Source of the DNA: an uncultured delta proteobacterium
Lineage (GTDB): Bacteria > Desulfobacterota > RBG-13-43-22
DNA length: 64,000 nucleotides
Assembly (NCBI GenBank): GCA_963711835.1
Contig: CAVQFQ010000017.1
Location: forward strand, 512,001-576,000
Direction of reading: 5' to 3'
The notes under the pieces were generated by a model. That model ran no database searches. It saw nothing but the letters and a program-made list of their open reading frames with translations, and had not been told where the DNA came from. The translations under genes were made by a program, and so were the position numbers. The first letter of the stretch is position 1, and each line of letters starts with the position of its first letter. Shown one piece after another: positions 1-10,152 of the stretch.

Positions 1-2
1 TT

Positions 3-65
3 CAATCGGCCGGGGAAGAAGGCGGGGGCTGGGGGGCGACGATCGTAATGCTGAAAAAAGTCTAA
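3..65 (+). CDS. Smr-domain protein, C-terminal fragment (gene runs off the left edge)
   Basis: Frame 3 reads QSAGEEGGGWGATIVMLKKV*, matching the GG(W/x)GAT(I/V)V terminal motif of Smr/MutS2 domains; not in the ORF track. Confidence 0.7.
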   Translation, partial: QSAGEEGGGWGATIVMLKKV

Positions 66-105
66 CCAAAGATCTTTGAAATTTTCTCTAAAGTCTTGAA
101 GAAAT

Positions 106-131
106 GGTGTTGAGGGGGACCCCCCAACACC
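106..131. repeat. GC-rich REP-like hairpin
   Basis: GGTGTTG-aGGGGG-a-CCCCC-CAACACC, within a weaker outer pair TCTCTAA...TTAGAGA. Confidence 0.5.
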
Positions 132-234
132 TGATTTTGGAAAGTTAGAGATAAACTCTCAGATTAGAGATGTAAGAATCTAAACAGCGGCAGAAAATTT
201 TACCCAACCAGGAGAAGGCTTGGAGGAAGTAACC

Positions 235-870
235 ATGCCGAAAAAAGAAAACAAAAGGCCCGCCCTTGGCCGGCGGATCGGTTTGATGTGTCTGATCGGT
301 TTTTCGATCCTATGGTCTGCCCGGGCTTTCGGCCAGGACTATGAGTTGGAACCCTTTCGCTGGGGAATGAATCTGGAAGAATTAAACCGGGCTTTGAAAG
401 AGAAACAGGGGTCCGGCCTGATCAGAGAAGATAAAGAGCGGATCCAGATTGATTTGCAGTACGGCCCTTTCAAAACGATACGGATACCGAAAGGCAGGCT
501 GGCGGCCCTGGTTCTGGCTGCGGACCCTTTAAAGTCGGGCCGGCTGTTCGGATACCTCTATGATGGAAAATTTGTTGGGAAAATCACCCTATTTAAAGAC
601 ACCCCGGAGATCTATCCTGAAAAGGCGATTAAACAGCTAAAAGAAAAATATCCCCAGGGCCGGCTCTTTCGAAGTTACGGAACTGCTTCCAGCCTGCCCT
701 TTTTTGAGTATAAAACGGAAGACCTGGTTCTTTTCAGTACCGAGAAGGGGATCTTATTTTATGACCCGGCTCGATTAGAAACGATTGTTAAGAGCTCCCA
801 AAAACAGATCGAGCTGGACGACAAAAAATACGACCAGGAAATGAAGGACAAGTTTTCAACTACTTACTAA
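235..870 (+). CDS. hypothetical exported protein
   Basis: GGAGG before ATG 235; basic N-terminus, hydrophobic stretch and ARA-F signal-peptide-like site; PFRWGM motif seen in uncharacterised periplasmic proteins. Confidence 0.65.
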   Translation: MPKKENKRPALGRRIGLMCLIGFSILWSARAFGQDYELEPFRWGMNLEELNRALKEKQGSGLIREDKERIQIDLQYGPFKTIRIPKGRLAALVLAADPLKSGRLFGYLYDGKFVGKITLFKDTPEIYPEKAIKQLKEKYPQGRLFRSYGTASSLPFFEYKTEDLVLFSTEKGILFYDPARLETIVKSSQKQIELDDKKYDQEMKDKFSTTY

Positions 871-1981
871 GCGGACTCCTTTTCTTTTTCCTGTTTCTCA
901 ACCAGGCAATAAAGACCTTCCCCGTCCCGGGCCGGTTTAAAACATTGATTGTCGGAAAGGCAAGCGGCCTTGGCCCGGTCCCCGGAGGCCCACCGCTTAA
1001 TGAGCCCCGGTTCGCGAATCAAAGGGCGGCTTAGAGACAGGTAGTCGGCATAGCCTTCTTCAAGCAATCGTTCCGCCAAGGGCAGAGAGCGGATCCCTCC
1101 GACCAGGATCACCGGCACTTGGAGCCGGGCCTTGAAGGCCTTGGCCGCCTGGCGAAAATAGGCCTCTCTTTCCTCCGTGGTGACCCTCGTCCGGGAGGGG
1201 GTGAGCATTCCCGAGATCAGGGTCCCGCCGCTGAGTTCAATGGCATCGATACCTTCCTCCTGGAGCATCCAGCCCACCTTCAGGGATTCCTCCAGGGTAA
1301 AACCGCCCTCCAGGTAATCCTGGGAATTCATTTTGATTAACACCGGGAAATCCTCTCCCACGGCCTCCCGCACCCGGCGGAGCACTTCCCGCAGGATCCT
1401 GGCCCGGTTTTCAAGAGAACCGCCGTAGGCATCGGTCCGCTTATTAAAATAGGGAGAAAGGAATTGGCTTAAGAGATAACCGTGGGCGGCATGGATCTGA
1501 AGGCCGTCAAAGCCGGCCTCCTTGGCCCGCCGGGCCGACTGACCGAAGGCCTCCACCACCCCCTGGATATCCTCCACGGTCATGACCTGGCGAGGGGTCT
1601 GGCCCCCCCTTCCACCTCGGAAGGAGTCAGGGGTTTACGGCCGGTGAGTTTGGGGTTGGCGAAATAGCCGGCATGGGCCAATTGCAGGACCATCTTTCCG
1701 CTCCGGCCATGAACTTTGTCGGTCATTTCCTTAAGCCCGTCGATGCAGGCCTCCTGATAGACGCCTAATTGCCAAGGTCCGGCCTGTCCTTCGGGACTGA
1801 TATAGGCATGGCCGGGAATAATCAACCCCACCCGGCCCTCAGCCAGTCGGGTCATCATAGTGATCAGGGCCGGAGTACAGCTCCCATCCTCAAGGGCCAG
1901 CCCTTCCCAGGTGGCTGAACGGACGAAACGGTTGGACAATTCCATCCCTTTTATGGTTGTGGTTTCAAAGACTTTGGACAT
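867..1981 (-). CDS. NADH:flavin oxidoreductase (Old Yellow Enzyme family), split by one frameshift
   Basis: N-half SNRFVRSATWEG...QLAHAG and C-half AGFDGLQIHAAHGYLLSQFLSP...RTDAYGGSLENR; adding one base to the C7 run at 1603-1609 joins the frames. Confidence 0.9.
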
Positions 1982-2139
1982 TTTTATCTCCTTTCCCTTT
2001 AGCAAACCCGGGCGAACTTTTTAAGGATAACAGAATTCTCTCCATTGGGCAATGACCATCTCCCTTGACGGATCCCCGCCGTTGTGATTTAAAATTCTTG
2101 ATCCGGAATTCCCGGAATTTTCAAGGTTGGAGGTGGGCC

Positions 2140-2907
2140 ATGCTGGTATTGACGGAAAGAAAAGGGGCGGTGACCACGATCATCATCAACCGGCCGGAGG
2201 TGCGTAATGCCGTGGATGGGCCGACCGCCGAGGCCCTGGTGGAGGCCTTTGAAGGCTTTGAGGCCGATGAGGAAGCCCGGGTAGCCGTCCTGAGCGGCGC
2301 CGGCGGATTCTTTTGTGCCGGTGCCGACCTGAAGGCGGTCAGCCTCGGCAGGCACAACCGGCTGGCTGAAGACGGCCATGGCCCCATGGGGCCGTCGCGG
2401 ATGCGGCTTTCCAAACCGGTGATTGCCGCCGTGGCCGGCTATGCCGTGGCCGGCGGGCTGGAGTTGGCTCTCTGGTGCGACCTGCGCGTCATGGAGCGGG
2501 ATGCCGTCTTCGGGGTCTTCTGCCGCCGCTGGGGGGTGCCTCTAATTGACGGCGGGACCATCCGCCTGCCCCGGATGATCGGCCTGTCCCGGGCCCTGGA
2601 TATGATCTTAACCGGCCGTCCGGTAGAGGCCGAGGAAGCCCTGCGCCTGGGATTGGCCAACCGGGTGGTGGAACCAGGAAAGGCCAGGGTCGAAGCCGAG
2701 GCCCTGGCCTTTCGGATTGCCGAATTTCCCCAGCGATGTATGCGCGGCGACCGCCGCTCGGCTTATGAACAGTTCGATCTTCCCCTGGCCGAGGCCTTAA
2801 AAAATGAATTCCGGTTGGGTCTGGCAACCATTGAAAGCGGTGAAACCTTGGAAGGGGCCGGGCGTTTTGCCGGGGGGGCCGGCCGCCATGGAAAATTCGG
2901 AGAATAG
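2140..2907 (+). CDS. enoyl-CoA hydratase/isomerase (crotonase family)
   Basis: INRPEVRNA, FCAGADLK, KPVIAAVAGYAVAGGLELALWCD motifs; GGAGG before ATG 2140. Confidence 0.93.
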   Translation: MLVLTERKGAVTTIIINRPEVRNAVDGPTAEALVEAFEGFEADEEARVAVLSGAGGFFCAGADLKAVSLGRHNRLAEDGHGPMGPSRMRLSKPVIAAVAGYAVAGGLELALWCDLRVMERDAVFGVFCRRWGVPLIDGGTIRLPRMIGLSRALDMILTGRPVEAEEALRLGLANRVVEPGKARVEAEALAFRIAEFPQRCMRGDRRSAYEQFDLPLAEALKNEFRLGLATIESGETLEGAGRFAGGAGRHGKFGE

Positions 2908-2978
2908 TTTCTTTAAAAGACGTGCCCAGAAGGTTCTCCGGTTGGCAGGTCACCAACCAGAGAAAAATTGTCGAGTTT

Positions 2979-3301
2979 GTCCCAAAGTTACGTGATTTTT
3001 TAAGCACTCCATTCATAGAGGGCTTCAGGGGTCTTGATTTCAAGGATTGTCCGCCAAAGGGACGCCGTAGCCTCAACCCGGGCAGGAATTTCTAAGTGGG
3101 TTAGAAACCGGCCAACACCTAAGACGATAACTCGCTTTGGTGAATGGCCCGGCTCCCAACCCACTTAGAAATTCGGGCCGGGTTGGGGCTCGGATACGCT
3201 TTGGCGGACAATCCTTGAAATCAAGACCCCTGAAGCCCTTTGGGGTGATTTAATATTTTAGAGGCTACCCCTTCGGTTTAAGAATCACATAACTTTGGGA
3301 C
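2979..3301. repeat. about 320-bp nested palindromic element (MITE-like)
   Basis: Terminal IR GTCCCAAAGTTAcGTGATT / AATCACaTAACTTTGGGAC; perfect 41-bp IR 3019-3059/3199-3239; perfect 17-bp IR GAATTTCTAAGTGGGTT/AACCCACTTAGAAATTC. Confidence 0.85.
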
Positions 3302-3350
3302 TATCCCAAATTGTCTGTCTTTGTCCCTGTACGTACTGGCAAAACAGTTT

Positions 3351-3782
3351 TTATCTTTGGTTTTTCAAAAACGGCAGGGGGGTGCCTTTGCGATAGGCCA
3401 GGGCCTGGCAGGAAGCAATCAGTTTTCCCTGATCGTCTCTTACCTTAATGTCATAATTGGCCACCTTGTTGGTCCGGCTGAATTCTTTGGCCTCGGCCGT
3501 CAAGAGGCTGCCGGGGATCGGAGAGGCAACATAGGTTACCTGGACATTGAGGGCCACAGCTACGGTGCCGTAGGCGTTACAGGCCGTCTGAAAGGCCTCG
3601 TCAATCAGGGCGAAGATGGCCCCGCCGTGGGCCATGCCGAAGATATTCTCCATATCCGGCGTAAAGCGCATCTCCACCTTGGAGCAGCCTTCGTCCAGTT
3701 CCACCAACCGTAGACCGAACTTCCTTGCAAAAGGCTCCCGCGCCACCTGTTTGAAAATGGCCTCTTTGACCTGCTTATCCAC
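3351..3782 (-). CDS. PaaI-family hot-dog thioesterase
   Basis: EPFARKFG, NIFGMAHGGAIFALIDEA motifs; GTG start after AAAGGA. Confidence 0.9.
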   Translation of the reverse strand: MDKQVKEAIFKQVAREPFARKFGLRLVELDEGCSKVEMRFTPDMENIFGMAHGGAIFALIDEAFQTACNAYGTVAVALNVQVTYVASPIPGSLLTAEAKEFSRTNKVANYDIKVRDDQGKLIASCQALAYRKGTPLPFLKNQR

Positions 3783-3799
3783 GACAAGTCCTTTCTCTT

Positions 3800-3901
3800 C
3801 ACCCCCACCCTCACCCTCCCCCATCTGAGGGGGAGGGGGTCAGAGTCTAATTCCATCTAATATCGGCCCCTCCCCGGCGGGCGGGGCTTGAGGGGAGGGG
3901 G
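3800..3901. repeat. REP-like CCCTCACCCTCCCCC...GGGGGAGGG palindromes (two units)
   Basis: CCCTCCCCC-atctga-GGGGGAGGG and CCCCTCCCC...GGGGAGGGG hairpins. Confidence 0.6.
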
Positions 3902-3978
3902 TAATTGATTTTCACCCTCCGTAGGTGCCCGTCAAAAATCATTTATTAGAGTTTAGTTCAGAGAACCAGCTAATGAAA

Positions 3979-4016
3979 AAAAAGAGGCGAATCTTGTTAA
4001 GACGCCGCCTCTTTTT
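3979..4016. terminator. intrinsic terminator (bidirectional type)
   Basis: AAAAAGAGGCG...CGCCTCTTTTT just past the stop of the 4045-4845 gene. Confidence 0.7.
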
Positions 4017-4044
4017 ATAATGGGATTTTAATCTTTTGTAAAAG

Positions 4045-4845
4045 TTATTTTTTGGCCGGTTCCTCGGGCAACTTGGGCGTCTGATCCGTTTCGTACAGGG
4101 CGATCAGACGGGTATGTTGGTAGCGATCATGCTCTTTTTTGGAGACTCCTTTAGGGCTGTAGAGGTCCCCGGTGCCATAGACCTTATAGTATTCATGGGG
4201 CGAATTGACCAAATATTTGTCAACGGGATTCTTAGGAAACTCCGCCCGTTCCTTGGCCAGTTTCGTATTGACCTTTGGGGGTCCGAAGGCCGAGGCGCTG
4301 CCTAAGCTGATGAATACTATTTTTCTGCCCTTGCTTTCCCTGGAGAGAAAATCGACAAATCGGACCAGGCGGTCGTATTCCAGGGAACTCTCTTTTAAGG
4401 TACTAATCCCGGCCGAATAGAAAAGGGTAATTTCCCCGGTGCCCTGTTTCTTGGAAAGTTCCTCGATCTTTTCCAGGGTTTTTTGAGCGGTTTCCTGATG
4501 CTTCTGAGCGGCTTCTAAAATCCGGCGGTTGGTTTCTTCCAGACGTTGGCTGGAATTCTTTAAGGCCTCTTGGGCGGTTATTATGGATTCCTGGGAATCT
4601 CGCAGTTTGGAAAACTCTCCCATGGCCATGTTGTGGGAATCGACAAAGAGTTGGGCCAGGGTACCGGCCTGCTCCTTAGAGGCCCCACCCGTCCAAGTAC
4701 CCTTGGGGAATTCTACCGTTTTCAGGCCCTGGTTGGGTTCGGTCACACTAAGGCCGGTATCCCGCATTTTGAGTTGTTTGACTTCTCCGCCACAGCCCAT
4801 CAAAAAAAATAATAAGGCCAGGCCACCGATCATTCTGTAAATCAT
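4045..4845 (-). CDS. lipoprotein with coiled coil and degenerate OmpA-like C-terminal domain
   Basis: Lipobox-like LMGC; Q/E/K-rich heptad region; GSASAFG-x4-NTKLAKERA resembles the OmpA_C G-x-A-x3-G...N-x2-LS-x2-RA motif. Confidence 0.65.
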   Translation of the reverse strand: MIYRMIGGLALLFFLMGCGGEVKQLKMRDTGLSVTEPNQGLKTVEFPKGTWTGGASKEQAGTLAQLFVDSHNMAMGEFSKLRDSQESIITAQEALKNSSQRLEETNRRILEAAQKHQETAQKTLEKIEELSKKQGTGEITLFYSAGISTLKESSLEYDRLVRFVDFLSRESKGRKIVFISLGSASAFGPPKVNTKLAKERAEFPKNPVDKYLVNSPHEYYKVYGTGDLYSPKGVSKKEHDRYQHTRLIALYETDQTPKLPEEPAKK

Positions 4846-4899
4846 CTTTCTCCTCCCGTCCAATGGATATTTCGCTTTGATCAGCACCCAGAAATGCAA

Positions 4900-4915
4900 A
4901 GCAATTACCATACCA
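4900..4915 (-). promoter_or_regulatory. sigma-54 (-24/-12) promoter
   Basis: Minus strand TGGTATG-GTAA-TTGCT (GG-N10-GC), about 55 bp upstream of the lipoprotein ATG. Confidence 0.55.
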
Positions 4916-5108
4916 GATGGCCATGATTTTTTATTATACCGGGATCATTATTAAAATAGGGTATTGGTTTCCGTCTGATTAATGGATCAGCCCTCTTTTT
5001 GTATGATCTTCCATACAATACCCGGACAATTTTTTTATTTAGCATAAGAATATCCTCTCCAAATTAGTGGGAGAGGATCCAGGACCCAAGGGTCTGCGAT
5101 AAGACTTA

Positions 5109-5140
5109 TCGACGAGATCAAGTCGAGTTGATCTCGTCGA
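5109..5140. repeat. perfect 13-bp stem hairpin (terminator or REP)
   Basis: TCGACGAGATCAA-gtcgag-TTGATCTCGTCGA downstream of the methyltransferase stop. Confidence 0.6.
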
Positions 5141-5166
5141 GTCGGTCAGGGATTTAAGGGGTTTTT

Positions 5167-6012
5167 CTATTCCTTGATCAAAGTTAAACAGACCGTACCC
5201 GGAATCTTCTGGGTAATCCGGGCTTCTTCCGTATAGGCCAACAGGGTTTTGGCCCATAAAGGGCCTAAGGGATGTAGAAAGAGAAGAAAGAACCAGGGCA
5301 GCCGGCTCAAGGAAGGATTTCTGGGGTTCTCCAGCCTGAGCCATTTCAATTTTGTTTGAGTAAAATATTTCCGATCCAATTCCTTTAAACCGCTGGGCTT
5401 AATGATCCGGTCCAGCAGGCTTTCGTTATTGTATAGACGGCAAAAAAAATTCGGTTTCCCCTGATAGGCCCTTTCATAGACTCCCCGGTTCCAGAAAATA
5501 TCTTCCTCCCGGGGGGCAAAGGGCAGGGTTAAAATACAGATCCCCTTCTTTCTGAGAACCCGTTTTATTTCTGCGGCTGTCAGGGAATCGCCCTTTCCCG
5601 GAATATGTTCCAGAACAGAAACGGAGTAGGCCCCGTCGAAACAGTGGTCGGGGTAGGGGAGGGCCTTTCCATCGGCCGCCTGCCAACTTAAACAGTCCAG
5701 CTTCAGGCTTTTGGCGTAGGCTGTATAGGGTTCCAGGAAATCGTCTTGGATATCGACGGCCGTTACCTTTTTTTTAAGTCGGCTTCCTAAAAACAGGGCC
5801 AGGTGCTTGGGACTTCCAAGATCGAAAAGATGCTGAGCCGGGAATTTTTCGAGCTGATCCAAAAGATAGGCAAATTCGAAATAGCGATTGTACCCGGACC
5901 GGATGGGATTAAGCATAGACTTCAGGCCCAAAGCCGGTCGTCCTGCAAGACACATTTTCAGCCCGATCCTCCAACCGAAACGAACCAAATCAAAAGCCCA
6001 ACCCAAAACCAC
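5167..6012 (-). CDS. class I SAM-dependent methyltransferase
   Basis: FDLGS motif I, VTAVDI, ADGKALPYPDHCFDGAYSVSVLEHI; AGGAG before GTG. Confidence 0.85.
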   Translation of the reverse strand: MVLGWAFDLVRFGWRIGLKMCLAGRPALGLKSMLNPIRSGYNRYFEFAYLLDQLEKFPAQHLFDLGSPKHLALFLGSRLKKKVTAVDIQDDFLEPYTAYAKSLKLDCLSWQAADGKALPYPDHCFDGAYSVSVLEHIPGKGDSLTAAEIKRVLRKKGICILTLPFAPREEDIFWNRGVYERAYQGKPNFFCRLYNNESLLDRIIKPSGLKELDRKYFTQTKLKWLRLENPRNPSLSRLPWFFLLFLHPLGPLWAKTLLAYTEEARITQKIPGTVCLTLIKE

Positions 6013-6217
6013 TTCTCCTTTCCTATCCTAAATCTCAAGCCTTTTCTCCCGCTCCGAAAACGGCTAAGGAGAGAACCGTGGGAATGGCGAAAATTTTCCT
6101 GCAGAATTTTCAAAAATAATAGCCATTGTCAGGGCCGGCTACGGTCCTATATAATAAATAGCAAAGCAGCGGAGAAAAGAAAACAGGTAACTGGTCTATC
6201 GAACGCTTAAAGGTGGC

Positions 6218-7108
6218 TTGGTGGCCAATCTTTTTACACTCTTCAAAAAGATAACCAATCCCTTAAAGGGCGGGGTCTTGGGAAAAATTCCCGGGGTTTC
6301 CCATCTCTATCGCTCACTTTTTAACCTGACCAAACCCAAAGGAATAATCCAGATCCAGTGCCAGGGCCATCATCTGGTCGTAAATGCCGATGATGAAGGC
6401 GTGGTCCCTTTTTTATTGACCCAAGGGGTCTTCGAGGAATACGAAACGGCCTTGGTCAGGCAATGTCTTCATCCGGGCATGCAGGTGGTCGATATCGGCG
6501 CTAATTTCGGCTATTATACCTTAATAGCCGCCGACCGTGTCGGAAAAGAGGGAAAGGTTTACGCCTTTGAGCCGGAACCGGGCAACTATGAACTTCTCCT
6601 GAAAAATATCAGCCTGAATCGTTACGAAACGATCGTACCGATACGACAGGCCGTCTCCAATAGTAGGGGGACCACGAATCTCTTCGTGGATAAAAAGAAC
6701 CTAGGGGCCCCTTCCCTGGCAGAGAAGAATGTGGATCGCCGGCAGGGCATCGTTAAAGTGGAAACCGTTTCCCTGGATGAGTTCTTTAAGACGGTCGAAG
6801 GCTTTGGTCCGATTGATTTTTTAAAAATAGACGCCCAAGGGGCCGAAGGTCTGATCTTCGAGGGGGCCTGTAATTGTTTAAAAAATGAGGGCCTAAAAAT
6901 CATGATGGAATTCTGGCCCCAGGGCCTGAGAAATATGGGCACGGATCCTTTAAGCCTGTTGCGCCTGATAAAAAGCTCCGGGTTCACCATTAAGATCATC
7001 GAAGAAAAAAAGCGGGTTTTAGTCGGTATTGAAGAGGTAGAGGCTATCGGGAATTATCTCAATCTAAATAACGATCAGGCGGCGGCCAACTTATTGCTGG
7101 AGAAATAA
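6218..7108 (+). CDS. FkbM-family methyltransferase
   Basis: VVDIGANFGYYT, KVYAFEPEP, IDFLKIDAQGAE motifs. Confidence 0.92.
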   Translation: MVANLFTLFKKITNPLKGGVLGKIPGVSHLYRSLFNLTKPKGIIQIQCQGHHLVVNADDEGVVPFLLTQGVFEEYETALVRQCLHPGMQVVDIGANFGYYTLIAADRVGKEGKVYAFEPEPGNYELLLKNISLNRYETIVPIRQAVSNSRGTTNLFVDKKNLGAPSLAEKNVDRRQGIVKVETVSLDEFFKTVEGFGPIDFLKIDAQGAEGLIFEGACNCLKNEGLKIMMEFWPQGLRNMGTDPLSLLRLIKSSGFTIKIIEEKKRVLVGIEEVEAIGNYLNLNNDQAAANLLLEK

Positions 7109-7153
7109 TCCCTTAGTTCCTTGCTGCCCAACAGGCAGGTCGCAGTGATTGAC

Positions 7154-7268
7154 GTCATTCCGGACGGATCCGGAATCCAGGAAATATCGAACGAAGACCG
7201 TTTCCTGCAACCAAGGCGGGATGACCGAAACCCCGCCGAGGACTATCAGCGGAAGGAATCGGTCTTCG
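7154..7268. repeat. REP-like palindrome plus nested hairpin
   Basis: GTCATTCCGG-acgg-ATCCGGAATCCAG, then CGAAGACCGtTTCCT...AGGAAtCGGTCTTCG enclosing GGCGGG/CCCGCC. Confidence 0.55.
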
Positions 7269-7349
7269 AAGGGAGAATCAAAACCTTGTAGTCATCCTAT
7301 TGTATGCTATATTGAAGATAAAAAAATTTGTTGGAGAGAAAGGAGGAGT

Positions 7350-7988
7350 ATGAAAGGCAAGCAACGGCACAAAGGAAAGAGAAAGGATCTTGTTTTGTTT
7401 TTGGGCGTTAAATCGCTAATGGTGTTTTTATTACTTTTTACTTTTCTTTTTGTGGCGCTTGGGACGGCTCTGGCTGTGCCCCCCGGGCCCCCCCCGCATC
7501 GCCCGGGACCTCATCCTTTCGGACCTCCCCCGGGTCCTCCCCCCGGGCCTCATCCGCCAGGACCGCCGCCCCCCGGCCCTCCCGGGCCCCCTCCGGCAGC
7601 CTTAATGGGTCCTCCGGCCCCCTGGAGGGCCATGGGACCGCCGCCGCCGGGTAGGGTTTGGGCTCATTTCGAAGGGCAATGGCTGGCTGTAGTTCCCCCT
7701 CCCCATGATGGACCATATCTTTGGAACGGAACGGCCTGGGTCATCCCATCCGACCCTCCGCCGGAAGGGTCCGAATGGGTTCCGGGACACTGGACCGATG
7801 ACGGCTGGATAGCCGGCCATTGGGCCGCGGTGCCTGTACCGGGTCCGGGAGTTCATTGGATCCCCGGGCATTGGAAAGGAGCGGTTTGGGTGCCGGGGCA
7901 CTGGAAAGGGCGCCTGCCCAAAGGACAAAGATGGGTCCCCGGCCATCGGGCTCCCGGAGATCGCTGGTTACCAGGCCATTGGAGGTAA
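7350..7988 (+). CDS. exported proline-rich protein with WxxGHW (YXWGXW-like) repeats
   Basis: AGGAGG before ATG; hydrophobic signal ending ALA; PPGP repeats; six W(V/I/L)(P/A)GH(W/R) repeats. Confidence 0.75.
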   Translation: MKGKQRHKGKRKDLVLFLGVKSLMVFLLLFTFLFVALGTALAVPPGPPPHRPGPHPFGPPPGPPPGPHPPGPPPPGPPGPPPAALMGPPAPWRAMGPPPPGRVWAHFEGQWLAVVPPPHDGPYLWNGTAWVIPSDPPPEGSEWVPGHWTDDGWIAGHWAAVPVPGPGVHWIPGHWKGAVWVPGHWKGRLPKGQRWVPGHRAPGDRWLPGHWR

Positions 7989-8082
7989 ATGGAACAAGCC
8001 CCTGATCCTGATGGACCAGGGGCTTGTCAGGTAATAGTTCTTAATAACCGTCCCATTCTTGGTTTTACCCGGGGGGACTGCC

Positions 8083-9992
8083 TTAGAGGCGGACTTGGGC
8101 CCCGATCTCGATGACCCGGTCGGGAGGAATGCCGAAGAAATTGGTAGGGTTCATGGCGTTCCGGGACATGGCCGAAAAAATAATCTTTCGCCAAGAGGCC
8201 ATCTTGGATTTCCCGGTGATGAAAAGCGACTCCCGGCCCAGGAAAAAAGTGGTGGTGGACAGATCGATTTTTAATCCCTGCTTTCCGGCCAGGGCCATGA
8301 TTTCCGGCACTTTGGGGGTTTCCATAAAACCATACCAAACGGTCAGGCGAAACACGCCCTGACCCAAATCCTCCAATTGGAGACGTTCCTTGGGAGAAAC
8401 ACGGGGGATATCCTGGGCTAGAATGGATAATAGGATGACCCGTTCATGCAGGACCTTGTTGTGCTTGAAATGGTGGAGCAAGGATCCGGGTACACCCCTG
8501 GGGTTGACGGACATGAAGACCGCCGTCCCCGGCACCCGATAAGGATTTTTCCGGGCCAGGTCCTCTAAAAATAAACCTTGACGGAAATTCGTATGTTCAG
8601 GGCCTCGGCCAGGGCCGCCCGGCCGTCCTTCCAGGTGGTCATGCTGACGGCGATGACCAGAGCCAAGCCGATGGTAAACCATCCCCCATCAAGGATTTTC
8701 AACAGGTTCGCACCCAGGTAACTGACATCGAAGCAGAGAAACAATCCCACCAGCAGCCCGGCTTTAAAAGTCGACCATTTCCAGAGTCGGGTAACCACCA
8801 GATAATAAATAATCGAAGTGATACCCATGGTGGCCGTAACCGCTATGCCGTAGGCCCCGGCCAGACGGCTGGATTCCCGAAAAGCCAGGACCAGCCCGAT
8901 ACAGCCGACCATCATGGCCCAGTTCACCTCAGGCAAATAGATCTGTCCCTGTTGGTGGGCCGAGGTATGGACTATACGCACCCGAGGGAGGTAGCCAAGT
9001 TGAATGGCCTGCCGGGTGAGAGAATAAACCCCCGAGATCATGGCTTGAGAGGCAATGATCGTGGCTATGGTGGATAAAATTACCGCGGGATAGATCAGCA
9101 CCTTCGGGACCAAACCGTAAAAAGGATTAAAGGCCTCTTCGGCCTGGGTCATCAAGAGTGCTCCCTGGCCGAAATAATTGAGGAGCAAGGCCGGAAGGGC
9201 CAATCCCAGCCAGGAGATACGGATGGCTTTGAGACTGAAGTGCCCCATATCGGCATAGAGGGCTTCTCCGCCGGTGATACAAAGGACCACCGAACCTAAG
9301 ACGATGAATCCGTGAAGATGGTTGCTGGCGAAAAACCGAAAGGCATACCAGGGATTAATGGCCCCGATAACCTGGGGATTTTTTATTATGGAGGATAAGC
9401 CCAGAAGGGCGATGACTACAAACCAGACGATCATAACCGGTCCGAAAAATTTTCCGATGTCGGCTGTTCCCCGCTTCTGGAAAAAAAAGAGTAGGAAAAG
9501 GATAATGCAGGTGATCGGGATGATGAAGGGTTTGGAGGTTTCGGTAGCCACTTCCAGCCCTTCGATGGCCGAAAGAACGGAAATGGCCGGGGTGATGATC
9601 CCGTCCCCGTAAAGAAGGGCTGCCCCAAAAACCGCCGCCAGTACCGCTAACCTATAACTTCCAGTCGACATTTGATCTTTGGTTTTAAGCAGCAGCGCCA
9701 ATAAAGCAAAAATGCCTCCTTCCCCCCGGTTATCCGCCCTCATGATGAAGCTTACATATTTAAGAGTGACCACAATCAAGAGGGACCAAAAAATAAGGGA
9801 CAGGACCCCGAAGATATTGGTTTCGTTCAAGGCTATGGCGTGAAGACCGTGAAAACATTCGCGGATAGCGTACAAAGGACTGGTGCCGATATCGCCGTAA
9901 ACCACCCCCAATGCTCCCAGGGCCAGGACCAGCAAACGCGGTTTGGCGGTTTCTTCCGTGTCGGAATTATGGGTTTGTTTATTCGTGGTCAT
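8083..9992 (-). CDS. kup: KUP-family potassium uptake transporter, split by one frameshift
   Basis: LGVVYGDIGTSPLYA, ADNRGEGG, GGEALYADMGHF; the C-terminal domain (RVPGTAVF...HNKVLHE...YGFME...FFLGRE) continues in another frame from about 8570. Confidence 0.93.
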
Positions 9993-10152
9993 AGCCTAAG
10001 GTAGCCTAAGTTACCTTTTCTTTTGCATTTATGGCAAGATTTTTATTTATCCTGAATGGGATTTCCTTAAAAGATGATTCGGTCAGATTAAGCAAAGAAA
10101 CGATGGGACCCTTCTACGTGGCCAAGGGTTTTAAGGAGGTTTTCTTTGGAAC

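Noticed and set aside
1580-1609. TGA ending the first OYE half (and TGA TGA in the CMK-like gene) as selenocysteine or programmed recoding
   Set aside because: The downstream homologous sequence is in a different frame, so readthrough would not restore it; a one-base indel explains it
2489-3076. 195-aa ORF running into the palindromic element as a transposase
   Set aside because: Low-complexity Arg/Pro antisense translation with no DDE or HUH motif
3783-3824. N-terminal extension MGEGEGGGEEK of the PaaI ORF, and similar extensions on hypF, hypE, kdsB, kdnA and ORF 7149
   Set aside because: These are translated repeat, intergenic or overlapping DNA; downstream starts match the family N-termini better
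9993-10152. c-di-AMP (ydaO) riboswitch upstream of kup
   Set aside because: No recognisable consensus or paired structure in this short spacer
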